From Candidatus Latescibacterota bacterium (GTDB lineage Bacteria > Latescibacterota > UBA2968 > GCA-2709665), in contig OZ244937.1 in NCBI GenBank assembly GCA_965222075.1, forward strand, positions 2,048,001 to 2,112,000: a DNA stretch of 64,000 nt, in the 5' to 3' direction. Position 1 is the stretch's first letter; each line of letters starts with the position of its first letter. The translations under genes and the position numbers were made by a program. Of the stretch, positions 27,572 to 37,651 are shown in pieces. The notes under the pieces were generated by a model. It did not search any database, was not told the origin of the DNA, and saw only the letters and a list, made by a program, of their open reading frames with translations.

Positions 27572-29005
27572 ATGAACACCTCCTATGTGTCTACCTCCAT
27601 CCCTTACGTCAACGCCCGCCCCCACATCGGTTTTGCGCTGGAACTCGTGCAGGCCGACGCGGTTGCCCGCTGGTGCCGGCTTCGGGGCGACAACACCTTC
27701 TTCTTGAGCGGAACCGACGAGAACGCGCTCAAAAACGTGCAGGCCGCTGCCCGGGAAGGGCTCACCCCCCGCCGGCTCTGCGACCGGAACGCCGTCGTCT
27801 TCCAGGATCTGATCAAGGGCCTCAACATCTCCACGGACGGCTTCATCCGCTCCTCCGGCGAGGCCCACTTCCGGGGCGCCTCCCGATTCTGGACGGCCTG
27901 CCGGAAGGCGGACATCTTACGCAAGCGCTACCGGGGCCTCTACTGCGTGGGCTGTGAGGACTTCTACCTGGAACGGGACCTGGCGGACGGACGGTGTCCG
28001 GTCCACGGAATCGAACCCGAGACCGTGGAAGAAGAGAACTATTTCTTCCGTCTCTCCGCCTATCAGAAGCCGCTGGAGGGCCTGATCGAATCCGGAAAAC
28101 TCCGCATCCTCCCCGAAACCCGGCGAAACGAAGCCCTCGGATTCATCCGGCAGGGCCTGCAAGACTTCAGCATTTCCCGCATCCGGGAGCGCTCGGGCGG
28201 CTGGGGAGTGCCGGTGCCGGGAGACCCCTCGCAGGTCCTCTACGTCTGGTTCGACGCCCTCACCAACTACCTCACCGGCCTGGGCTACGGATCGGACGGA
28301 GAGCATTTCGAACGCTACTGGCTCAGCAGTCCCAACAAGGTCCATGTGATCGGCAAAGACATCCTCAAATTCCACGCCGTGTACTGGCCGGCCCTGCTGC
28401 TCTCCGCAGGCCTTCCCCTGCCCCGGACCATCTTCGTCCACGGCCACCTGACCGTGGAGGGCCGGAAAATCGGCAAATCGCTCGGCAACGCCGTCAACCC
28501 CTTCCCACTGATCGAGCGATACGGCGCAGACGCTCTCCGGTACTACCTGCTCCGCGCGGTTCCCTCCGGAGCGGACGGGGACGTCTCCGAAGCCCGGCTC
28601 CGGGAAGTCTACACCGCGGACTTGGCCAACGGACTCGGCAACCTGGTGCGGCGGCTCGAAACCCTCTGCGAACGCGCGGATTACGGCGTCCGGGACCCAT
28701 ATCCGCCTGCGCTCCCCGAAGGAGTTGTCGAAGCCGCAGGCAACTTCCAGTTCCACAAGGCCCTCCGGATCCTCTGGGATCGCGTCCGGGACCTCAACCG
28801 GGAAATCGAGTCAACCCGCCCCTGGGACCTCCTGAATCAGGGAGACACGAAACTTCTGAACCGCCACCTCTCGACCTGGATAGCGAACATCCGCGCCATC
28901 GCCCACGGCCTGACGCCCTTTCTCCCGGAAACCGCGCAGAAGATTCAAACGCAATTTTCGCAGGATCGAATCACACGGAGCGACCCCCTGTTTCCACGAT
29001 TGTGA
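27572..29005 (+). CDS. metG: Methionyl-tRNA synthetase, short form without C-terminal tRNA-binding domain
   Basis: PYVNARPHIGF, GTDEN, single Zn knuckle CVGC...CPVH, YVWFDAL, IGKDILKFH, KIGKSLGN, LGNLVRR, RPW. Confidence 0.95.
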   Translation: MNTSYVSTSIPYVNARPHIGFALELVQADAVARWCRLRGDNTFFLSGTDENALKNVQAAAREGLTPRRLCDRNAVVFQDLIKGLNISTDGFIRSSGEAHFRGASRFWTACRKADILRKRYRGLYCVGCEDFYLERDLADGRCPVHGIEPETVEEENYFFRLSAYQKPLEGLIESGKLRILPETRRNEALGFIRQGLQDFSISRIRERSGGWGVPVPGDPSQVLYVWFDALTNYLTGLGYGSDGEHFERYWLSSPNKVHVIGKDILKFHAVYWPALLLSAGLPLPRTIFVHGHLTVEGRKIGKSLGNAVNPFPLIERYGADALRYYLLRAVPSGADGDVSEARLREVYTADLANGLGNLVRRLETLCERADYGVRDPYPPALPEGVVEAAGNFQFHKALRILWDRVRDLNREIESTRPWDLLNQGDTKLLNRHLSTWIANIRAIAHGLTPFLPETAQKIQTQFSQDRITRSDPLFPRL

Positions 29006-29144
29006 ATCCCGGTGCCGGAGGGTCATCGCGGGGCTTGAAATCTCTATTGCTCCTTTCCGTCTCTCACCATATATTATCCCATCTTCTCAGACCTGATCTC
29101 TCCTCTGAATACCACACGTCCGTTTCCCAAAGGAGGGCCCTGGC

Positions 29145-30113
29145 GTGGCATACGATCTCCAGATCTTTTCCGGCAACGTCAACACGCTTCTCGCAGATGA
29201 AATCTGTTCTATCCTTGAAATCCAGCGGGGCGCTGCTCAGGTCGGCCGGTTTCCCGGCGGAGAGACAAGCGTACAAATCTGTGAAAATGTCCGCGGGAAA
29301 GACGTTTATATCATCCAGTCCGTCTGCGCCACCGAAGGACTTTCGCCCAACGATGCCCTGATGGAACTCCTCATCCTGATCGACGCTGCCCGGCGGGCCT
29401 CGGCGCGGCGTATTACAGCCGTCCTCCCCTACTACGGCTATGCCCGGCAGGACCGAAAAGACCGTCCCAGGGTGCCCATCACGGCCAAACTGATCGGCAA
29501 CCTGATCGTCACCGCGGGCGCCAGACGCGTTCTTTCTCTGGACCTCCACTCCAACCAGATCCAGGGCTTCTTCGACATCCCGATGGACCACCTCTATTCC
29601 GTCAACATCTTTGGAAAATACCTCCTCGAGAAAAAGCTGGAAAACCTGGTGGCGGTAACACCGGACGTTGGCAACATCAAAATGACCCGGGCCTATGCCG
29701 AACTCCTGGAGGCACCCCTCGCCATCATCGACAAAAGGCGCGTCAGCGATCAGGAAACCGAGGTCATGACCATCATCGGAGACGTGGAAGGGAAGAACGC
29801 GGTCATCATCGACGACCTGATCTCCACGGGCGGATCACTCGTCGAAGCGGCTTCGGCCCTGGAACAAAAAGGCGCCCTCGACATCTGCGCGGCCATCGTC
29901 CATCCCGTGCTGGCCGGCCCGGCGGTCGAGCGCGTGGAAAGCTCCTGCCTCGCCGAACTCGTCGTTTCCAACTCCATCCCCGTGCCGGAAAAGGTCCAGA
30001 ACGGCAAAATTAAAGTCCTCTCGGTGGCCCCCATCCTGGCAGAGGCCATCCGCCGCATCCACAACGATGAGTCGGTCAGCACCCTCTTTGCCGATGCCCA
30101 CGTGGAGGGATAG
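29145..30113 (+). CDS. prs: Ribose-phosphate pyrophosphokinase
   Basis: ENVRGKDV, PYYGYARQDRKD, DLHSNQIQGFFD, IIDDLISTGGS. AAGGAGG RBS. Confidence 0.97.
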   Translation: MAYDLQIFSGNVNTLLADEICSILEIQRGAAQVGRFPGGETSVQICENVRGKDVYIIQSVCATEGLSPNDALMELLILIDAARRASARRITAVLPYYGYARQDRKDRPRVPITAKLIGNLIVTAGARRVLSLDLHSNQIQGFFDIPMDHLYSVNIFGKYLLEKKLENLVAVTPDVGNIKMTRAYAELLEAPLAIIDKRRVSDQETEVMTIIGDVEGKNAVIIDDLISTGGSLVEAASALEQKGALDICAAIVHPVLAGPAVERVESSCLAELVVSNSIPVPEKVQNGKIKVLSVAPILAEAIRRIHNDESVSTLFADAHVEG

Positions 30114-30182
30114 GGCGACAGAAGCGTCCCCAGGCATCGAGATTTTGCCATAGCTGTCGCCAAAATACGAAAGGGTTCACCT

Positions 30183-30968
30183 GTGGTCAATGAAGCGCAG
30201 TGGCAGCAGTTCCAGGAAGAAGGCTACCTTCATCTGGGAAAGGTCAGGGAGGATGGGGAGCTGGAGGCGATGCAGCAACGCATGGACGACATTATGCTGG
30301 GGAAAGCCCCTCTCGACTACGATCGCATGCTCATGCAGCTGGACTACAAATCCGAAACCGACACCAGCCCGGGGCCTCAGACGAAGGGTCACAAAGGGGC
30401 TACCCTGAACTATCGCAAAATCCAGGACCTGGAGTTCGATCCCCTCTTCCTCACGTACATGCAAACCCCTCTCTTCCGGGACATCTGCGCAAAAGCCTAC
30501 GGTCCCGATACGCCGGTCGCCTGCTTTCGGGCCATGTTTATGAACAAACCTGCTCGAAAAGGCAACCATCTGCCATGGCATCAGGACCGGTGGACCGACC
30601 TGGACCGCGACCCCCTGATCACTATCTGGACGGCCCTTGATCCGGCGACCGTTGCCAACGGCTGCGTCAAAATTATCCCCCAATCTCACCGGTGGGGTCT
30701 CATCAATCCGGAAAGCCCATCCGGGTTTCTCAGCCAGGAACAGATCAACGATCTTGCAGCCAGGTCGGAGCCTGCCTACGTAGAGCTGCAGGCGGGCGAA
30801 GTCGCCCTGCTGCACAACTGGCTGCTCCACAGCTCCGAGGTAAATCAGACCGACATCCCCCGGCGTGCGTTCAGTATTTGCTATATGGACGCCGCTACGG
30901 AATCCAGAAGCGGGAAGACCTTTTCCGTTATTTTTGGGGAAGGCGCTCTGGGTCCGGTGGGGGTTTAA
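30183..30968 (+). CDS. Phytanoyl-CoA dioxygenase-family Fe(II)/2-oxoglutarate oxygenase
   Basis: MNKP, PWHQD (HxD), WTALD...NGC...IPQSH, LLHSS, PRR. Confidence 0.9.
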   Translation: MVNEAQWQQFQEEGYLHLGKVREDGELEAMQQRMDDIMLGKAPLDYDRMLMQLDYKSETDTSPGPQTKGHKGATLNYRKIQDLEFDPLFLTYMQTPLFRDICAKAYGPDTPVACFRAMFMNKPARKGNHLPWHQDRWTDLDRDPLITIWTALDPATVANGCVKIIPQSHRWGLINPESPSGFLSQEQINDLAARSEPAYVELQAGEVALLHNWLLHSSEVNQTDIPRRAFSICYMDAATESRSGKTFSVIFGEGALGPVGV

Positions 30969-31020
30969 ATCGCCCCGCCACCCCCCGTTGTCGCCGAGTC
31001 ACTCCAGTGGCGCTTCCTCT

Positions 31021-32136
31021 TCACCACTGCCGCGAATCCGGCACCGCCATCCACGCCCCGCCTTCTAAAATCGACTTCTGACTGATCAACCCCGGAAGGG
31101 TCATATCCATCGCCTCGTGGATGCCGATCGGACAGGGCGTCCCGTCCACAATACTCCCCACAAAATCGAGTACCTCAAAGTAGTCCCCTCCGCCGTGCCC
31201 GGCCCTCTTCGCCTCCTCTGGTGGACTGCGCCACATCTCGGGCATATACTCCTCTTCCAGGTCCGCCAGGTCCACCCAGGCGTTCTTATCCTCGTGCAGA
31301 TCGGCCAGCCAGATCCTGTGGTGCTCTCCCCGGCTTCGCGCCGACTCGTAACACCCCCTGGTTCCCTGGAGTGAATAATTCGTCATCGCGTGCGGCCGCT
31401 CCGACAGCATATCCACCCGGATCTTGATCAGCCCCCCCGCCGCCGTCTTGGCCAGCATCACACAGGTGTCCTGGTTCTCGTAAAACGCTTCCCTGGGGTC
31501 CACATAGTGGTGCCCGCTCCCCTCGCAGCAGATACGCACCACCCGGTTGTCTCCCATCCACTGCAGAATCGGTCCCAGGCTGTGCGTCCCATACGTAATC
31601 CCGTCGATTCCCGTCTGCCACGTTCGACGCCACTTTGTCATCTCGTTCAACCCCTTCAACTCGTGGATATACTCCCCCTCCGCATAGTAAACCACCCCGA
31701 ACAGCCCCTGCCGGACCAGTTCCTTTACCAGCACATTCGGCTTCATATAGGTAAAATTTTCCGCCATCATATACACCGCCTTCGACCGCTTCACTGCCGC
31801 CACCAGTGCCCGGCACTCCGCCACAGACACCGCCGCCGTTACCTCGCTCAGCACGTGGATATTTTGATCCAGGGCCAGAATCGCCTGCGGCGCGTGAAAG
31901 TGCATCGGCGTCCCGATGACCACCGCATCCACCTCCGATTGCGCCAGCATCTCCCCATAATCCGTGTACCTCTCCACCGCCCCCAGCTTCTCCGCAGCCT
32001 CCTCAAGCAGCGCCTCCCGGATATCGCACACCGCATGGATCCGCGCCAGCGGGTGCACGTCGAACGCCGCTCGGAAACTCCCCCCTCGTCCAACCGCTCC
32101 CACAACGCCCACGTTCAGCCTCTCCAGAACCCCCAT
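31021..32136 (-). CDS. Gfo/Idh/MocA-family oxidoreductase
   Basis: VGVVGAVGRG Rossmann start, TPMHFHA, VLSEV, YMMAEN, GHGGGDY. Confidence 0.9.
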   Translation of the reverse strand: MGVLERLNVGVVGAVGRGGSFRAAFDVHPLARIHAVCDIREALLEEAAEKLGAVERYTDYGEMLAQSEVDAVVIGTPMHFHAPQAILALDQNIHVLSEVTAAVSVAECRALVAAVKRSKAVYMMAENFTYMKPNVLVKELVRQGLFGVVYYAEGEYIHELKGLNEMTKWRRTWQTGIDGITYGTHSLGPILQWMGDNRVVRICCEGSGHHYVDPREAFYENQDTCVMLAKTAAGGLIKIRVDMLSERPHAMTNYSLQGTRGCYESARSRGEHHRIWLADLHEDKNAWVDLADLEEEYMPEMWRSPPEEAKRAGHGGGDYFEVLDFVGSIVDGTPCPIGIHEAMDMTLPGLISQKSILEGGAWMAVPDSRQW

Positions 32137-32149
32137 GTCGCATCTCCTC

Positions 32150-32521
32150 TCAAACCGCGCGCCAGACCTGCCACACCAGACAGAGCCATCCCCCCAAAAA
32201 GGCCAGCCCCCCCAGCGGGGTTATCGCACCCAGCCAGCGGATGTCGCTCAGGCTCAATGCGTACAGACTTCCCGAAAAGATCACCGTCCCCGCCACAAAC
32301 AGCCACCCGCCCGCAACCCCCACCGACCCCGGCCAGCGAGACATCGCCCAGGCCACCCCCAGCAGGGCCAGGGCGTGATACATCTGGTAGCGCACCCCCA
32401 CCTCGAATACGTTCAACATCTCCGGCTCCAGCCTCTCCTTCAGCCCGTGCGCCCCAAACGCGCCAGCCGCAACACCCACAAATGCCGAAACCGCTCCAAT
32501 GCAGAAAAACACACGGTCCAT
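32150..32521 (-). CDS. DUF423 (YgdD/TMEM256) small membrane protein
   Basis: GAFGAHGL, YQMYHAL, FSGSLY, GAITPLGG. Confidence 0.92.
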   Translation of the reverse strand: MDRVFFCIGAVSAFVGVAAGAFGAHGLKERLEPEMLNVFEVGVRYQMYHALALLGVAWAMSRWPGSVGVAGGWLFVAGTVIFSGSLYALSLSDIRWLGAITPLGGLAFLGGWLCLVWQVWRAV

Positions 32522-32548
32522 ATCTCACCTCCGAAGAAATTGAATATT

Positions 32549-34504
32549 TCAAAAATAGAGACTGTGTCCCTGTCCCTGGAACCAGATCGCATCGATCACG
32601 AAAGAGATCCCCGCCCCCGTAAAGTGTCCCACAACCAGCCCGATAAAAAAAGGTTTCGCCCGCTCGAAAAGAACCAGGCCTCCAAACCGGATAATCAGCA
32701 CCTTCACCATCCAGGTCACAAACAGAGACAGCGCTGTCCACCGGACCTGACCCACCGAAGCAATCGAAAACCCGATCGGATGCAGCCGCCACCAGGTAAA
32801 CCGATGGCGCAAATAGGTCATTACCACCGTGGCCAGCACCCCGATGCCCAGAAAGTGCACCCGGCCGGCCGTAAACTCCTCTGCGGATTTCATCTTGCTC
32901 ACAACCGTATCAAAAGGCACCTGTCCTCCCCGCCGGAACACCCACTCTCCGAAATTGTAGCCCCCCGTACCGTAAGCCAGCTTCAGGGAGAACCAGAAGG
33001 AAATCAGCAGGCTGACCCCCAGCGCCAGCGCAACGGCCGTCACATACGTCCCCCGGGGGAACCGCCGGTCGCTGTGCACCCGGGCCGCATTGGCCCCAAA
33101 CGGCATAAAAATGGCAATCGGATCGCAGGCCCACGCATAGGAAAGCGCCAGCCCCGCCATCGTAGATCCGCTCAGTGTTGCCGGTCCCACCATATGCATG
33201 GGAAAAGCCTGGGGCACCAGCGGCCCTCGAACGAACACCAGCCCCCCCTCAATCACGATCCGGGTCAACCCCAGGTAGAGCGTGACCACCGCAAACAGCA
33301 GCAGGATCGCAACGTGCAGCGCGATTCCAACCGCGTGCAACCAGAGCAGGATATAGACGGCCGCCCCCAGAACCCCGAAAACCGCCGCCCGGTAAGAGAG
33401 GATCTCCCCCGTATCGTCCACGGAGGCATCCTTCCGAAACGCCTTGCGCAGCACATCCCGCAGATGCCCCCGCGCCACCCAGATCCCACCCAGTACAATC
33501 GCCGCAAACGCCCCGAACCCCTGCCAGGCCAGCGCCGAAGGATAGATCGAGTAGGTCTCGGAAGCCCCGATGCTGAACCCCGTCCGGTTGAAAAGCGCGA
33601 TCTCCACCAGATTAAAGAGGTTGAACACCCAGACGCTGAAAATCACGTCCACGTTTACAAAGTACGTAATCCCCATCAGCGGAAAGGAGAAATTCGTTGA
33701 AATACCGGGCAAAAGGTGGCTCCCCGGAATACTCAGCCGGATGGGCGGAATGGCCGGCCATCCGTGGGGGAAAAAGTAGCCCGGGATATTCCAGGCAATC
33801 TTGAACGCCGCCACGCCAAACCCGATCCAGAACAGCCGGCTGCGCATAAACCGGGGCAGCGCCCGCTTATCCTCCGCCCCCTCCATCATCGCCAGGGGCA
33901 CATCCACCAACGGAAAATTGAGACGTTCCACTTCCACCCACTGTTTTCTAAAAATCGCAATCAGGCAGACACAGAGCGTCAACGTGGCCGCAATCAGCGA
34001 TCCCCACCAGAAGAGGGGCACAACCCAGATGTGCCAGGGGATCGACACCCCCGCGGGCAGCCCCTCAAAAAACCAGGCCACCTCGGGCCCACCCCCCGGC
34101 ACGGCCCAGCGGGGGATATGGTGGTGCAGATAGTCCGCCCATCCGTTCTCCGTCGTCGCATAATAAAAAGGCGATGCCGAAACCGAAATCACGTACCCCG
34201 TAATCCCGTACGTGGGCACGGACACCGCCGCCAGCAGCATAATATAGATCACACCCAGTTCATCGCTCCGCAGCCCGAAGCGGCGGCGGACCAGCTTCAA
34301 CAGAGGATTGAGGACAACCACCACCAGGATAAACGAAAAAGCCAGTCCCAGCGGGAAATAGTTCGTCGTCATATAGGTCGAACGCACGACCCACTCGGAG
34401 TAGGGCGCGCTCATCGTCACGGCCACCACCCCGATCAGCCCGACCACCGCAGAACGAAGCGTCAGAATGCGCTTCGTCCGGGGCGCTGCTGCACACAGGG
34501 GCAT
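32549..34504 (-). CDS. Multi-pass membrane protein, DUF6785/DUF6784-type (putative transporter)
   Basis: 651 aa, highly hydrophobic. Motifs PFYYATTEN-W, W-VPLFWW, QWVEVERLNFPL, LSYRAA, WW-LHPIGF are shared with the 57323 paralogue. Confidence 0.75.
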   Translation of the reverse strand: MPLCAAAPRTKRILTLRSAVVGLIGVVAVTMSAPYSEWVVRSTYMTTNYFPLGLAFSFILVVVVLNPLLKLVRRRFGLRSDELGVIYIMLLAAVSVPTYGITGYVISVSASPFYYATTENGWADYLHHHIPRWAVPGGGPEVAWFFEGLPAGVSIPWHIWVVPLFWWGSLIAATLTLCVCLIAIFRKQWVEVERLNFPLVDVPLAMMEGAEDKRALPRFMRSRLFWIGFGVAAFKIAWNIPGYFFPHGWPAIPPIRLSIPGSHLLPGISTNFSFPLMGITYFVNVDVIFSVWVFNLFNLVEIALFNRTGFSIGASETYSIYPSALAWQGFGAFAAIVLGGIWVARGHLRDVLRKAFRKDASVDDTGEILSYRAAVFGVLGAAVYILLWLHAVGIALHVAILLLFAVVTLYLGLTRIVIEGGLVFVRGPLVPQAFPMHMVGPATLSGSTMAGLALSYAWACDPIAIFMPFGANAARVHSDRRFPRGTYVTAVALALGVSLLISFWFSLKLAYGTGGYNFGEWVFRRGGQVPFDTVVSKMKSAEEFTAGRVHFLGIGVLATVVMTYLRHRFTWWRLHPIGFSIASVGQVRWTALSLFVTWMVKVLIIRFGGLVLFERAKPFFIGLVVGHFTGAGISFVIDAIWFQGQGHSLYF

Positions 34505-34507
34505 GAC

Positions 34508-37456
34508 CTAACCCCCTGAAATGGACATCCAGCGGTCCGTGCGCTCAATCTTGTGTTGACCAATGGAAACGGCGTTCGTTGTCCTCACCTGCCATCCCTC
34601 TCCATGCGACCGCAACCACACCCGGCTGGGCAACCTCACCTCCGCCTTTCCCTCCAGGGTCTGGAAAGGCGTGAACAGCTCCTTCAGAACGCCCGATTGC
34701 CGGTCATACGCAAAACCCGGATGGCGGGTACAGTGCAGCAGGGTCCGGCCGCCCGCCGTCTCCACCGCCTCAACCGGAAACGCCCGGTGATGGCTCCCCT
34801 CCTGAGACAGAATAACCGGCTCAGGATCTGTAAACACAAGCGGCTTATTTTCCGGGATATCCGCCCACGTACCATCCAAAACCACGGCAAGCCGGCCCTC
34901 GCCCCGGCTCGTCACCCCTTCCACCGCCAGCGGAGGGCGCGCAGAGACCTGGACCTCCAGCGCGCCATTTTGGAAATACGTACAATCGTAAAGGGACACC
35001 TGCGTGCCTTCCCCGCCGGCAATCACCGTTGCGTACCGCCCCTGCATCCGGGCCACTCCGTCCACCGTGTGCCGCCGGGAAGGATCGGACGCATAGAACA
35101 CCTGCGCTGTCCGTTCGCCGGTCTGTGTAACCGCCCGCACATCCAGCGCCACCACCCCGGCATCGTCCCGCGTTACATGTCGAACCCCAACGACCCTGTC
35201 GGTTCCATACATCGGCTCCCACAGCGCCACAAACCGGCTGCGCAGATCCTCACCCTCGCGGCGCATCACCACCCTGGGCATCCGGAACTTCTCCACCAGC
35301 GAGTGGTCCTCATCGCCCAGAGACTTCTGCCAGCAGCGCCGGATACTCGGCACCGTGCAGGTATAAAGATCCCCCTCCACGGGCTCCAGCATATGCAGAC
35401 GCACACCGGCCATCTCCCGGTCGATGGCTCGAAACTCCGCGCCAAACGGCCCCTCCACCCGACCTTTATGCACGTCTCGAAATACCCCATACCAGGGGTT
35501 CACATCGCGCGGTTTGAGCCCCCGTGCGTGCAGTTCCTTCTCCCATTCGCTGTGGGCCGGCGGCGTAAACGGCTTCCCATCGTCTGCGTAACTCTCGGCG
35601 AAAAACTGCGTCGGAACCGAAACGCTCAGGGTCTGATCCGTAGAACAGCTTCCCTGCGCCATCCACTCGTGAACCTCTCCCCCTTCTACCTGAAAAATAT
35701 CCACCACCACGTTGTCCGCCTCGCCAAGCGGAATCAGAAACAGCGCCCGCTGGTAGGTCCTGCACTGGGGATACGCCATTGCCCCGGAGGCCTCCACTAC
35801 CTGCACCCCGTTCTCAGCCGGGTGCCAGCCTATCAGATCTCCCGCCACGGAAACGCGTTTCTGCGTTTCCCGGTCCACCACCACCAGATTGTGCCCGGAG
35901 GCAACCGTAGCGAACATTCGGTACGTCCACGTATACCCGATATCTGCAATCAGTTCGTCCGTGTACGCCCAGAGCGCAAAATTCAGCATATCGTGGTGGT
36001 CGTGACCCCAGTTGCCCGAATAGTGGAGGTGCGCCTGAATCGGATGGCCCTTCTCCAGCACTCCCCGCCCCAGAACCGCGTGCCCGAACGCAGGGTATAT
36101 CAGCGGCCGCCCGTCCTGGGGGTCCGGGTGCCCGCCTCCCGTGAGCTTGCTGTACGTATCGTGCACCATCATATAGGTACCGTCGGGATAGCCCATCGTA
36201 TCCAGCGTCTCTATTGCACGGTAAAGCTGAGGGAGTTCTGTCCGATTGTCCAGCCCGTCGAACCGCCTGCCGTCGATGCTCGAGGCAAAACCGGGGGGAT
36301 CGGAGTATCCCTCTCCGTACTCTGCCGCCCGCTTTATGCCGTAGATGTGCTGACGGGCATAAGACATACTCTCCGGAAACACGTAATCCGCCATCAGCGT
36401 CTTCAGCACCATCTCCCGGAGCTTCCAGTAGGAATAATGGATCAACTCGGGCATACCCGCGCCCCGTCCGATCAAAATCAGTCCCTGCGCCTGGTAAGGA
36501 ATATAATTGCTCAACGCCTCGTCGGGATGGGAATAGTAAACATCGTACAGAATCGCATCCTGTACCGAATAGAGGAACAGATCCGCCTCGACCACACACC
36601 GGGCATCCCCACCCGCTGCCAGCCGGTCCAGCGCCTCCCACACCGGCGCGTTCACCACAAAATCGTAGCCCTGGGCCAGGTCGCCCACATGCCGGATGCC
36701 CGTGTGGTACTTATCGTACCAGATACCGGCGTACACCGGATATTCCCTAACCGGCCGCAGCCGATCACCTTCCGCAATCCCCGGGCGGCCCCGATGCGTC
36801 TTCGGCCAGTGTGGAACCGCACACCCAAAATCATACAGAATCGCCGCCGCACGCGCCGCATACTGCTCATCTCCCGTTATCCGATACAGCATCCCCAGCG
36901 TCTTCGCCGCCTCGATCAGATAATACACCCGCAGCGAATCCATATACTCTCCATACAGGTAGATCCGCTTCCCGTCGGGCGCGTCGTGATAAGGATATTC
37001 CTGTGTATCCCCCCTGGGGCCGGTAATCTCAATCGTCCCGGTCCGCGGATAAAGCGCAAACGGATCCACCGTGTGTCCTCTGGGGCACCAGATCCGGTCC
37101 GGATCGTCCGGGCGCCACACCAGCCTGGCCTCGTCTCCGGTGGGACACATCGCGATTCGTGTGGTCGGCATCACCCGGCTGTTTCCGGCAATACGATTTC
37201 GCAGCGGCGCCATGCCGATGAGCTCCTCCGGAGCCACCTTCAAATACGGCTCGGCCTTCTTCTTGAGGTCTCCAATTTCCTCACCCGTCAGCGCCTCGGT
37301 CAGATCTGTTAGTTGTGGGTTGCCGCGCATATCCGGCATCTGCACACGCGGGACCGGTCTCAGCGTGTCTACCCACTGCTCGGTCGGATAGAACCCGCCG
37401 TAGTATTCCCGCAACGCTGCGTCCGTCTCAGCCTCAAACTTGCCAAACTTGGACAT
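34508..37456 (-). CDS. Heparinase II/III-like polysaccharide lyase (second subfamily)
   Basis: FPESMSY, WGHDHHDMLNFALW, ADIGY, SGHNLVVVD. Start placed at MSKFG (37456), which matches the paralogue start at 48804 and lies downstream of a promoter. No signal peptide. Confidence 0.85.
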   Translation of the reverse strand: MSKFGKFEAETDAALREYYGGFYPTEQWVDTLRPVPRVQMPDMRGNPQLTDLTEALTGEEIGDLKKKAEPYLKVAPEELIGMAPLRNRIAGNSRVMPTTRIAMCPTGDEARLVWRPDDPDRIWCPRGHTVDPFALYPRTGTIEITGPRGDTQEYPYHDAPDGKRIYLYGEYMDSLRVYYLIEAAKTLGMLYRITGDEQYAARAAAILYDFGCAVPHWPKTHRGRPGIAEGDRLRPVREYPVYAGIWYDKYHTGIRHVGDLAQGYDFVVNAPVWEALDRLAAGGDARCVVEADLFLYSVQDAILYDVYYSHPDEALSNYIPYQAQGLILIGRGAGMPELIHYSYWKLREMVLKTLMADYVFPESMSYARQHIYGIKRAAEYGEGYSDPPGFASSIDGRRFDGLDNRTELPQLYRAIETLDTMGYPDGTYMMVHDTYSKLTGGGHPDPQDGRPLIYPAFGHAVLGRGVLEKGHPIQAHLHYSGNWGHDHHDMLNFALWAYTDELIADIGYTWTYRMFATVASGHNLVVVDRETQKRVSVAGDLIGWHPAENGVQVVEASGAMAYPQCRTYQRALFLIPLGEADNVVVDIFQVEGGEVHEWMAQGSCSTDQTLSVSVPTQFFAESYADDGKPFTPPAHSEWEKELHARGLKPRDVNPWYGVFRDVHKGRVEGPFGAEFRAIDREMAGVRLHMLEPVEGDLYTCTVPSIRRCWQKSLGDEDHSLVEKFRMPRVVMRREGEDLRSRFVALWEPMYGTDRVVGVRHVTRDDAGVVALDVRAVTQTGERTAQVFYASDPSRRHTVDGVARMQGRYATVIAGGEGTQVSLYDCTYFQNGALEVQVSARPPLAVEGVTSRGEGRLAVVLDGTWADIPENKPLVFTDPEPVILSQEGSHHRAFPVEAVETAGGRTLLHCTRHPGFAYDRQSGVLKELFTPFQTLEGKAEVRLPSRVWLRSHGEGWQVRTTNAVSIGQHKIERTDRWMSISGG

Positions 37457-37500
37457 AAGGTTTATCCCCCCGTAAGCGCAAGGGTTGTACTTTGCTCGTA

Positions 37501-37530
37501 AGCATAATCCCCCGGACCGGGGGTTGTCAA
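37501..37530 (-). promoter_or_regulatory. Sigma-70 promoter of the lyase/DUF6785 operon
   Basis: Minus strand TTGACA (37530-37525), 18 bp spacer containing the palindrome CCCCCGG-A-CCGGGGG, TATGCT (37506-37501). Repeated at 61939-61968. Confidence 0.55.
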
Positions 37531-37651
37531 GCGCAATCGGCTCCCTCTGCTTCGGCAGGGACCTGCACATTCGCTGGATTTTTCAAAAGAGGAAGAGTAT
37601 ATTGGTTTTCGGATATGGATCTGGTAATGTACGGTTCTGGAGGTACTGACC

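Noticed and set aside
34553-37312. 919 aa plus-strand ORF, and similar long shadow ORFs (31964-33700, 27994-29361, 46922-48652, 15178-16500)
   Set aside because: These are antisense or off-frame shadows of well-supported genes in GC-rich DNA, with no motifs and skewed Arg/Pro/His or Gly/Asp composition.
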